The position numbers were made by a program, and so were the translations under genes. This document shows, piece by piece, positions 23,526-31,398 of a stretch of DNA of 62,109 bases. Numbering within the stretch: position 1 is the stretch's first letter; each line of letters starts with the position of its first letter. Below the pieces are notes generated by a model. That model worked only from the letters and a program-made list of their open reading frames with translations. It ran no database searches and had not been told where the DNA came from. This stretch comes from Lentisphaeraceae bacterium (GTDB taxonomy: Bacteria > Verrucomicrobiota > Kiritimatiellia > RFP12 > UBA1067): assembly GCA_004551905.1 (NCBI GenBank), contig SFPL01000028.1:1-62109 (forward strand). Reading direction: 5' to 3'.

Positions 23526-24277
23526 TTGTCCTCTCCTCCCGTCGCCTTGAGGGCGCACTTGTGTCCGATCAGCCACGCGCCCGACGGCAGATCCGCATCC
23601 AATGCGAGGTCGGGGAGATAGAGGACGCCGCCGTAGGTGACGGACGAGTCCTCGCGCCCGTTGGGGTAGACCGTGACCTGGTATCCCTCCTTGACCGAGC
23701 CGCCGTTGACCTTGCACATGAACGCCTTTTCCCCGCCCGCGCCCGACCCCGCGCCGCCGAGCTGAAGGAGGCACCATTGCGACCCCGACCCGCCGGCCTT
23801 CCAGAGAATCCGCGCAACGCCCGTCGCGTCCGACTGCAACGCGCCCGTGGACGATCCGGGAGTCGGGACGGCGTACTGGTCGTCCGTGTCCTGAATCGTC
23901 ACCTTTGCGGGCGTGATCCCGAGAACCATCGCCCGCCCGATCTCGTCGTGTGCAAGCGGCTGCAGGAGGATCGCGTAGGGCTTGCCCTCGCGCTCCTCCG
24001 TCATCTTCTGCCCGACGAACACGGGCGGGCAGCTCACGAACTCGTCCTCGTTCACGTTCGGCGGGACCGCGACGTCCGAGAGGACGAGCGCGGAGAAGCG
24101 GTCGCGCTGCTCCGACTCGGCGTTCTTGACGAGGACGATCCCCGCCGCCACGCCCGACTTGAGTCCCTTGCCGAGCTGGTTCTGCCTCTGCTCCTTGGCG
24201 AAGTTGGCCGCGTCGATAAAGGCGTTCCACGTGGCCGCCTTGATCACGACCTTGTCGCCGCTCCTGACCTTTTCCAT
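23522..24277 (-). CDS. tail-tip protein, 251 aa
   Basis: MEKVRSGDKVVIKAATWNAFIDAANFAKEQ... Uninterrupted same-strand ORF, second gene after the tape measure. Confidence 0.6.
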   Translation of the reverse strand: MEKVRSGDKVVIKAATWNAFIDAANFAKEQRQNQLGKGLKSGVAAGIVLVKNAESEQRDRFSALVLSDVAVPPNVNEDEFVSCPPVFVGQKMTEEREGKPYAILLQPLAHDEIGRAMVLGITPAKVTIQDTDDQYAVPTPGSSTGALQSDATGVARILWKAGGSGSQWCLLQLGGAGSGAGGEKAFMCKVNGGSVKEGYQVTVYPNGREDSSVTYGGVLYLPDLALDADLPSGAWLIGHKCALKATGGEDK

Positions 24278-24281
24278 GATT

Positions 24282-25118
24282 TCACATCCCCAGTCCGAGG
24301 TTTCCGAAGTCGCCCGTCGGATAGACCTGCTCGACGTAGGCGGCGACCGGCTCCTTGATGACGTTCTTCCTGTTCTCGGCCACCTTGTCGGCGTACCGCA
24401 CCCAGAGGTAGTCCCATCCTTTCTTGTTCGAGACCTTGAGCTTCCCGACCTGCAGGGAGGACTGGTTGGGCGAGACGGCGAAGCGGAACGTGATCTCCCA
24501 CGGGGCGTTCGGCTTCTTCGACCGCTTGGTTCCCGACGCGCCGAGAAACAGCACCTCGCCCGCCGAGAACCCCCGGAAGCTTGAGGAGTTCACCGTTCCC
24601 GTGAGCGCGGCGACCGTCTTCTTGTACGAGGTCGTGACCCGCGATCCGTTCATCGTGTGCGTCTCGGTGAAGTTCAGGACGGGCATCGTCACGTCCACGC
24701 CGTTCACGTTGCCCTCGTTGTCCACCTCGATTGCGCCGTTGAAGTCGGGCGCGTCGTTCGGGACCTTCGAGACGGTTTTCAGGGACTGGTTGCGGTGCAT
24801 CGTCCCGCCGCCGGTATCGAACGCGAACGAGGTCGTTTCCTCGTCCTCGTCGGGATCGTCGGGATCGTCCGAGTCCTCGTCCTTCCAGATCGCCTTGACC
24901 TTCCACGTGTCCCTGTTGACGCGCTCCGTAACCTCCACCTCGTCCAGGACCATGCCCGACACGGTGTGCGACGCCGCCTTCGACCGCGCCGCAGCCAACG
25001 CCGCGTCCTCGTTCTCCGCCTCGAACACGAGGTACGGGATCTCGATCTCCGTCACCTCGCCCTTGGCGTTGACCGTCTGGTCGCGCTCCGAATACGCCTC
25101 TTCGACTCTCGTTGCCAT
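24282..25118 (-). CDS. distal-tail-protein-position gene, 278 aa
   Basis: Immediately downstream of the tape measure, where siphoviruses place Dit. Has an acidic DSDDPDDPDEDEE insert. Assignment is by position only. Confidence 0.6.
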   Translation of the reverse strand: MATRVEEAYSERDQTVNAKGEVTEIEIPYLVFEAENEDAALAAARSKAASHTVSGMVLDEVEVTERVNRDTWKVKAIWKDEDSDDPDDPDEDEETTSFAFDTGGGTMHRNQSLKTVSKVPNDAPDFNGAIEVDNEGNVNGVDVTMPVLNFTETHTMNGSRVTTSYKKTVAALTGTVNSSSFRGFSAGEVLFLGASGTKRSKKPNAPWEITFRFAVSPNQSSLQVGKLKVSNKKGWDYLWVRYADKVAENRKNVIKEPVAAYVEQVYPTGDFGNLGLGM

Positions 25119-25128
25119 AGATTCTCCC

Positions 25129-28100
25129 TTACTGGAATGTCTGCGTGTTGCCGCCGCCCATGTCCTTGAGAAGCTCGGCGGCCTTCTTGGTGTGCTTCTC
25201 GATCTCCTGCGTCGCCATGAACATCCGCTGCTCCATCATGTTGCCCCGCAGCGCGGACGCGGCCCTCGCGTAGAACGCGCCCTGCGGCTTGACCGCGCCG
25301 GCCCGCTTCTGCGTCTCGTCCTGCGCGGAGCGGAGCTTGGCGGCGTACTTGTCCACCAGCCCCTCGGCAAGCGAGTACGCGTCCTGCGCCTTCTTGATGC
25401 GATCCTTCTCCTCGTCGGAGATATCGCCGTCGGCGGTCGCGTCCTTCATCGCCCGGTCGAACTCCGCCTTGGCCTGCGCCGCCGCGATCTTCGACTGGTT
25501 TATGAGGTCGGCGAGGAGCTTCATGCCGGCCGCCGCGTCGTTCTTGAGTGTCGCCTCGACCTTGCGGTCGGTCTCGCCCTCGGTGCGGTTGCGGGCGATG
25601 TCCTCGGCGGTCTCGTCGAATCCCTCCTGCAAGTCCTTGACCTCATCGTCGAACTTCTTCCGCGCCTTCGCCTCGGCGACGGCGATCCGCTTCTCGGCGG
25701 TCGCGTCGGCTTCGGCGAGTCGGCCCTCCAAGTCGGCGATCTTCTCGTTGTCCTTCTGCTTCTTCGATTTCTCGAAGGAGAGGATGGTCTGGAGGAGTTG
25801 CTTGTACTCGTCGCGGAGTTCCCGGATGTCGCTGATCTCGTTCTGAAGTTCCGTCCGCTGTTCGCGGGTGAGCTTCTTCTCGATCTCGGCGACCTTCTTG
25901 GCTGCTTTCTCCGCCTCCTCCTGCGACGCGCCTTTCTGCTCGCGTCCCTCCGTCACCTTGGCCTCGAGCTGTTCCTTCTCCGACTTGCCCCCGGTGAGGG
26001 AACCCTCGTCGCCGTTCAGGATGGCCTGCTGACGCTTGCGGGCATCGGCGAGTTTCGACATCGCCTCGTCGATCTTCTCGCCGTTCGCCTCGATTTCACG
26101 CGCCGCCTTGCCCATGCGGAAGGTGATGGTGTTCCATGCGTTCACCCAGAAGCCGCAGAGGGATTCGTTCTCCTCGCCGAGTTCGCGGATGTTCTTCTGG
26201 AGTTCCAGCATCTCCTGCTCGATCTGGTGCAACGCCTGCTGCTTCATCGCCTCGTTGAACCTGTCCTGCGCATCAGCCGCGAGGTTGATGCACCCCGCCG
26301 CCTTGTCCACGGCGATGCCGAGGCTGCCGTACCGGCTCTTGAGCTGGTTCGACAGCTTCTCGGCCTCCGCCATCTCGGCGTTCGAGAGCTTCTCCTTCTC
26401 CGCGAGTTGCTGGAGCCGATCCATGCGGAGCTGATCCGTCGCCCGAAGCTGGTCGCCCTTGTCCCGCAGCTTCGACATCTCGTCCGAGAGCTGCGCCGTG
26501 TGCTTCGTCGCCGAGGCCATGTAGGCGCAGAGTCCCGCGAGAGACCCCACGATGGCGACCAGAATCCACGTGATCGGGATCGCGCAGAACGCCGTCGCCG
26601 CAGCCGAGGCGGCGAGGTAGCCCGCAGCCACGACCTTGGTGGTCGCCGCGAGGGCGATGTTCGCCGCGCCCGCCACGCCCGCCGTCAGCGCGGCTTTCGC
26701 GTGGCTGGCGGTCACCATGCCCGCGACCGCGACGAACGCCGTGTGCGCCGCCGTAGCCGCCTTCGCGGCGATTCCGGCGAGGGTCTCCGCCGCCGCGTGG
26801 GCCTTTGCGCTCACGGTTGCCGCGATTGTGGCCGAATTGAGGCCCTTGAGGGCGGAGCTGACCGCCGAGAACTTGGCCGCAATCGCGGATTTCGCGACGG
26901 CGGCCGCCTCGGCGTTCGACATCAGCACGAGTCCGGCCGCGATCTGCTTCGAGCGCACGTCAATCGGGAGATTGAGTGCCGCCAGAAGCTTCGACGTCCC
27001 CACCATAGCGGGCATCGCGGCGTTCCGGTAGTTGGAGAACGCCTGCGCCATGAGGGAAAACGAGTTCGAGACGAGGATTCCCCTGGAACAGAGCGTCCCG
27101 AACACGCCCGACATGGCCGAAATCGCGCCGGACACGACCCCTACGCCCGTTGAAAGCACACGCGAGGCAGTCCCGACGGTGAAGAGTGCCGCCCCGAACG
27201 CCGCCACGCTTGCGACGGTCGCCGCGATGGACGTGACGAGGCCCCGGTTCGCCTCGACCCATTTCGTGAATGTGTTTATGACGGCGGTGATCCTGCCGAC
27301 CATCGGCTGCAACGTGCCGTTCAACGCCTCGCCGATGGCGTTCATCGACCCCTCGACCGCGCTCTGGAAGAGTCGGAACGAGCCGCCGATGCCGCGATCC
27401 ATCGCCCGCGAGGTCTCGTCTGCCTGGCCGGACACGTCGCGGAGCTTGGCGAGGAACCCGTCGAGTTCCTCGATGTTGCCAGCAAGCGACAGCCCGGACA
27501 TCATGCCCCGCACGTCGAACACGTCCTTCATGAACGAGAGCCGTTCGGCGGTCGGCATCTTCGAGGTGGCGACCGCCACGTCCCGCATCACCGCCGCCAT
27601 CTTGCGGAGGTTGCCGTTCGCGTACGTCGCCTCGACCCCCACGTCGCGGAGGATCGCCTGTATCTTCGTGTCGGCGAACTGGATGTACGCCTTGCGGAGC
27701 GCGGTGCCGGCAAGCGACCCCTTGATGCCCATGTTGGCCATCACGCCGAGGGAGGCGCACAGCTCGTTGAGGTTCTCTCCGGCGGCGGCGGCCTGCGGCC
27801 CCGCCATCTTGAGTCCCTCGAAGAGGTCGGTGAGGGTCTGCGCCGATCCGTTCGCCGTCGCCGTGAGTATGTCGGCGACCTGCGACATCCTGCCCGCCTC
27901 CATCCCGAAGATGCGCAGCGAGTTCGCCGCGATGTCGGCGGACTCCGCGAGGTCGGTTCCCGTGGCGCGGGAGAGGTTGAGGACGTGTTCAATCGCCGAG
28001 GTGATCTCGGAGGGGTCGAACCCCATCCGCCCGAGGCCGATCATCGCGTCCGCCACCTGCTGGGCGGTGAACGAGGTCTCGCGCCCGAGACGCTGCGCCG

Positions 28101-28377
28101 TCTTGGTGAGCGCGTCGAACTGCTCCCCCGTGGAGGACGTGACGGCCTGGACGAGCCGCATCCTGTCATCGAAGCCCGCAAAGGACTTCTCGGCGAGGGC
28201 GAACGGCAGGGAGAGCGCACCGCCCAACGCCATCATGTCCCGCCCGAGTCCCTGGCAGGTCTTGCCGAAGTGCTGGAGCTGCGCCTGCGCGGCGTTGAGG
28301 TTCTGCTTCAACTTCGACGTCTCTGCAGTCACCTCAACGTATGCGCGTCCGGCGCGGATGTTGGCGTTTGCTGACAT
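25129..28377 (-). CDS. tail tape measure protein, 1082 aa
   Basis: N-terminal FDDRMRLVQAVTSSTGEQFDALTKTAQRLGRETSFTAQQVADAMIGLGRMGF is the TP901-type tape-measure core. Also has long Ala-rich TM-like stretches and coiled coils. Sits after the chaperone pair. Confidence 0.9.
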   Translation of the reverse strand: MSANANIRAGRAYVEVTAETSKLKQNLNAAQAQLQHFGKTCQGLGRDMMALGGALSLPFALAEKSFAGFDDRMRLVQAVTSSTGEQFDALTKTAQRLGRETSFTAQQVADAMIGLGRMGFDPSEITSAIEHVLNLSRATGTDLAESADIAANSLRIFGMEAGRMSQVADILTATANGSAQTLTDLFEGLKMAGPQAAAAGENLNELCASLGVMANMGIKGSLAGTALRKAYIQFADTKIQAILRDVGVEATYANGNLRKMAAVMRDVAVATSKMPTAERLSFMKDVFDVRGMMSGLSLAGNIEELDGFLAKLRDVSGQADETSRAMDRGIGGSFRLFQSAVEGSMNAIGEALNGTLQPMVGRITAVINTFTKWVEANRGLVTSIAATVASVAAFGAALFTVGTASRVLSTGVGVVSGAISAMSGVFGTLCSRGILVSNSFSLMAQAFSNYRNAAMPAMVGTSKLLAALNLPIDVRSKQIAAGLVLMSNAEAAAVAKSAIAAKFSAVSSALKGLNSATIAATVSAKAHAAAETLAGIAAKAATAAHTAFVAVAGMVTASHAKAALTAGVAGAANIALAATTKVVAAGYLAASAAATAFCAIPITWILVAIVGSLAGLCAYMASATKHTAQLSDEMSKLRDKGDQLRATDQLRMDRLQQLAEKEKLSNAEMAEAEKLSNQLKSRYGSLGIAVDKAAGCINLAADAQDRFNEAMKQQALHQIEQEMLELQKNIRELGEENESLCGFWVNAWNTITFRMGKAAREIEANGEKIDEAMSKLADARKRQQAILNGDEGSLTGGKSEKEQLEAKVTEGREQKGASQEEAEKAAKKVAEIEKKLTREQRTELQNEISDIRELRDEYKQLLQTILSFEKSKKQKDNEKIADLEGRLAEADATAEKRIAVAEAKARKKFDDEVKDLQEGFDETAEDIARNRTEGETDRKVEATLKNDAAAGMKLLADLINQSKIAAAQAKAEFDRAMKDATADGDISDEEKDRIKKAQDAYSLAEGLVDKYAAKLRSAQDETQKRAGAVKPQGAFYARAASALRGNMMEQRMFMATQEIEKHTKKAAELLKDMGGGNTQTFQ

Positions 28378-28380
28378 TGT

Positions 28381-29099
28381 CTACTTCTCCTTGATGAACG
28401 CGGCCTTGAGGGCCGACAGCATTTCCTTCCCCTTGAGAATGGGCATCGGCGGCTTCGGGGCGAACGGGTTGAAGTCGGACGGGCTCGCGGACTTGCCTTT
28501 CCTCGGGTCCCGCATGAGGTTGACCGCCAAGGCCATCAGCGAGGCGGTCTGCGACCACTCGAACTTGCCCCGTCCCTCCACCATCCACACGAGTTCGCGC
28601 AGGGTGAACGGGTCGGGGTTCAGTCCGAGGATGCCGGCGAACTCGCTGACGAGCGCATCGACTCCTCGATCCTCTTTTCGAGTTCGGGATCGTCCAACGC
28701 CTTTTCGAGCACCCGCGTCCAGTCCCCGGTGTACTTCCTCGACAGTTCGATTGCCTTCTTGAGGAAGAGGCGTTTCGCTCCGGGGAAAAAATCCACGAGC
28801 TCGTCGAGGAACGCCCTGGTGGCGTTCTCGATTGAATCGCCCGCGAGTGCCGCGCCGAACTGCTCGTCGGTGACGCTGATCGCCTTGGCCTGCTCCTCGA
28901 CCAGTACCCAGAGGATGTCCACGAGGAGACACGGGTCGTTGGCGATGCGGTCGATCATGTCTACCTTCACCACGCCGTCCTTGTCGAGCGTGATCACGTT
29001 CACGAGGTCGATTCCGAGGGCTGCGCGGACGCGCTTCATCTGATTGACGTTCAGGACGATCTGCCAGTCCTGCCCGTTCCTGTCCTTGAAGATTCTCAT
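28381..29099 (-). CDS. tail assembly chaperone, -1 frameshift extension (GT-like fusion)
   Basis: Frame 0 reads ...LEKRIEES. The -1 frame reads ...TRKEDRGVDALVSEFAGILGLNPDPF...FIKEK, ending 3 nt before the tape-measure start. Slip candidate is GAA-AAG read as G-AAA-AG. Confidence 0.55.
28620..29099 (-). CDS. tail assembly chaperone (G-like), 159 aa
   Basis: Located between the tail tube and tape measure. Overlapped in the -1 frame by an ORF that runs on to 28381. Confidence 0.7.
   Translation of the reverse strand: MRIFKDRNGQDWQIVLNVNQMKRVRAALGIDLVNVITLDKDGVVKVDMIDRIANDPCLLVDILWVLVEEQAKAISVTDEQFGAALAGDSIENATRAFLDELVDFFPGAKRLFLKKAIELSRKYTGDWTRVLEKALDDPELEKRIEESMRSSASSPASSD
28674..28680 (-). 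promoter_or_regulatory. candidate -1 ribosomal slippery site (CGAAAAG)
   Basis: The AAG Lys codon (28676-28674) can re-pair with AAA (28677-28675). Both frames are open across this point. The heptamer is not canonical. Confidence 0.4.
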
Positions 29100-29168
29100 C
29101 TTGTGTGTTCCTTCATGTGCCGTGCGCCGCGCCGACGGGGCGGGCGCACGGCGGGTTGTGGTTTACCG

Positions 29169-29588
29169 TCAGCTCCCGCTCACCCATTGCGGGGCGCGGC
29201 TGACGAGGGTCGGCTTGCAGGTCACCGATACCTTGAGCGCCTCCTCCAGCGGTTCGGAGCGCGAGAACGACGTAACGACGAAGTCCGCGTCCAGGCCGTT
29301 GCCCTCGCCGTCCGAGACGAAGAGCGACAACGCCGAGTTGCCGAAGTAGGCCTGCTGGATCGCGTTGAATCCGCTGTCGGCCGTGTCCCAGATCATCTCG
29401 AACTCGACGGAGGCCTCCTTGAGGGTCGCGGCGGTGATTCGCCAGCCCTCTGCGGCGCGGGTCGTGATGTCCGCCTCGCCCGTTTCGAGGTTCAGCGTCA
29501 CGTCCGTCACGTTCGACATCTCCGAGGTGGCCTTCGCTCCGGCCGCCCCGTGGAAGATCTTTGCATCCAAACCAAGCTTGTATGCCAT
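29169..29588 (-). CDS. major tail (tube) protein, 139 aa
   Basis: MAYKLGLDAKIFHGAAGAKATSEMSNVTDVTLNLETGEADITTRAAEGW... resembles phi13-type major tail proteins. Lies just upstream of the chaperone pair. Confidence 0.7.
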   Translation of the reverse strand: MAYKLGLDAKIFHGAAGAKATSEMSNVTDVTLNLETGEADITTRAAEGWRITAATLKEASVEFEMIWDTADSGFNAIQQAYFGNSALSLFVSDGEGNGLDADFVVTSFSRSEPLEEALKVSVTCKPTLVSRAPQWVSGS

Positions 29589-29604
29589 AGTCCTTTGATT
29601 CCTT

Positions 29605-30000
29605 TCACTTGACCGCGTCCTGCCACATCCGGGCGAGGTGCGGTACCGATTCCTTGAGAGACGGCCCCATGAGGGGCCGCTTGGGATACCTTTCCCTGCA
29701 GTACTTGCCGCCGAACTCGTGCGCCGCCGCCGAGCTTCCGACGAACTGCGCTGACGGGCCGATCACGACAGACCGCTCCTTCCTTTCGAGGCCGAACAGG
29801 ATGCCCCGCTTGAGCGCGCCCGTGCGGCTGTGGGGCGGCGTTCCGGGCGTCGACGGGCGGTCGCCCGCGTGTACCTTGCGCCGCGCCACCGTGCGCACGT
29901 ACGCGCCCATGCGCTTGAGGACTTCCACGGAGGCCTTCGCGACCCTCGCGGCGAGTCCCTCCGCGTCGAACTCGACCTCACTCGCCATTGCGGTGGACAT
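29605..30000 (-). CDS. HK97 gp10-like tail/neck component, 131 aa
   Basis: Position and pattern (VEVLKRMGAYVRTVARRKV...PGTPPHSRTGALKRGI) resemble the HK97 gp10 family. Confidence 0.6.
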   Translation of the reverse strand: MSTAMASEVEFDAEGLAARVAKASVEVLKRMGAYVRTVARRKVHAGDRPSTPGTPPHSRTGALKRGILFGLERKERSVVIGPSAQFVGSSAAAHEFGGKYCRERYPKRPLMGPSLKESVPHLARMWQDAVK

Positions 30001-30379
30001 GGAGGAAGGTCAGCTCCACGACCCCGGTGAACTGCCTCCGTTCGCGGAGGTGTTCGGGGAGGTAGAGCGGGACGTACTCGGCCTTCATGCACCTGACTCC
30101 GGCCACCCACTTCTGCAGGAAGCCCTGCCCGATGCGCACGACCTCGCGGACGAGCCCAGGAACGTCGTCCTCGGTGCATTTCTTGAGAAGCCCCACCTGC
30201 ACCTTGAGCCTGTCCTCGAGGTATTCGCGGGCGTTCGGCTTCGACTCGATGCCGGCGGGGACAACGACGATCCGCTTCTCCTTGAGGCCCTTGAGGTCGA
30301 ACTCCGGCGCGAAGGAGACCTCCGCGCCTTCGCCGATCTCGGCGGCCACGCCTGCGGCAAGATCGATGATGTCAACCAT
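29978..30379 (-). CDS. head-tail joining-region protein, 133 aa
   Basis: Same-strand ORF in the connector gene block. No specific motif. Confidence 0.55.
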   Translation of the reverse strand: MVDIIDLAAGVAAEIGEGAEVSFAPEFDLKGLKEKRIVVVPAGIESKPNAREYLEDRLKVQVGLLKKCTEDDVPGLVREVVRIGQGFLQKWVAGVRCMKAEYVPLYLPEHLRERRQFTGVVELTFLHVHRNGE

Positions 30380-30632
30380 GAGAGTACCTCACGACCTCGA
30401 AGATCAGGCATCCGACGGCGGAGAGGAGCGAGATGATCGCCGCCCCCATCGCCGCGTGGAGCGTCTTCTGCAGGCCCTCGGCGGTCGCGCACGGGGGCGT
30501 GTGGTGGACTCCGTCGCGGAAGTGCATCTTGATCATGCCCTTGAGTTCGGCGATGTCCATACGCGCCCGCGACATTCCCTCCCAGAGTTCGGGGAAGCCC
30601 GGAGGCATCTCCTGCGTCTGCTCGTCCTTCAT
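30372..30632 (-). CDS. small protein with C-terminal transmembrane helix, 86 aa
   Basis: C-terminus LHAAMGAAIISLLSAVGCLIFEVV is hydrophobic. Overlaps both neighbours by a few nt. Confidence 0.5.
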   Translation of the reverse strand: MKDEQTQEMPPGFPELWEGMSRARMDIAELKGMIKMHFRDGVHHTPPCATAEGLQKTLHAAMGAAIISLLSAVGCLIFEVVRYSHG

Positions 30633-30973
30633 GCTTCACCTCCCGTGAGCTTGGTGTGTATGCGCCTCGCCGTGCGGTATGGATCGCTCCACCGCCACAC
30701 GGGCTCTCCGTAGGGCGCGAGGACTTCGTACTCGCAGCCGTCGAAGTCGATCACGTCCCCCTGCCGGGGTTCGAGACCGAGCTGGTCGGCCCGCACGATG
30801 AAGTCCCGCGTCTCGGTGCGCACCCACACGCCGTAGTCGTTGGTCGAGCGGAAGACCGTCCGCCCCACGACGGCCTTGACGCTCGTCTCCATGCCGCCGC
30901 GACGGTAGGTCACGTCGGTGGAGAAGACGTCCAGCTGCGCGGAGCGGAGCGCGTCTATCCCGCTTCTGATCAT
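30629..30973 (-). CDS. head-tail connector/adaptor-like protein, 114 aa
   Basis: Start moved to MIRSGIDALRS (ATG 30971-30973, ATGA overlap). Size and position follow the decoration/capsid genes. Confidence 0.55.
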   Translation of the reverse strand: MIRSGIDALRSAQLDVFSTDVTYRRGGMETSVKAVVGRTVFRSTNDYGVWVRTETRDFIVRADQLGLEPRQGDVIDFDGCEYEVLAPYGEPVWRWSDPYRTARRIHTKLTGGEA

Positions 30974-31308
30974 CCGTTGAGTCCCTGTTCGAGGCGGACG
31001 TGGACGGTCGCGTCGGCCGCCTCGGCCTTGGTGACCGCGTGGCCGAACTTGACCGCGCCCGATGCCGTCGGGGCGCACACCTTGCCGGTCGCGGGGTCGA
31101 CGGAGACGAGGTCGCCGACCGCGACTGCGGTGCCGCCGGTGGCGAGTTCGTACACGCCCACGACCGCGAGTGCGCCGAGTTCCCCGGCCCTGATGTCGAG
31201 CTTGGCGACTCCGACGAGGCCTCCGAGCTTCACGATGTCGCCGGCGGCGACGTCCTCCTCGGGCGTGTGGTCGATGGACTCGCCGCGCTGAATGTAACGT
31301 GCTTTCAT
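30970..31308 (-). CDS. DUF2190-type head decoration protein, 112 aa
   Basis: Start moved to MKARYIQRGESIDHTPEEDVAAGDIVKLGGLVGVAKLDI... This pattern and the position right after the capsid gene are typical of DUF2190. Confidence 0.65.
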   Translation of the reverse strand: MKARYIQRGESIDHTPEEDVAAGDIVKLGGLVGVAKLDIRAGELGALAVVGVYELATGGTAVAVGDLVSVDPATGKVCAPTASGAVKFGHAVTKAEAADATVHVRLEQGLNG

Positions 31309-31398
31309 TTCATGAACCTTTCTGTGTTTCGGATGTGAGGTGGCGGGCGGACGGGGGAAGGAAAACCGAAAAATCACCCCCGTCCGCGCCGCCGAAGA

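Noticed and set aside
24424-27153. 909-aa plus-strand ORF
   Set aside because: It runs antisense to the tape measure and Dit-position genes. It is rich in Arg/Leu/Gly/Val, as expected of shadow frames in high-GC DNA, and has no motif. The minus-strand genes carry clear family signatures.
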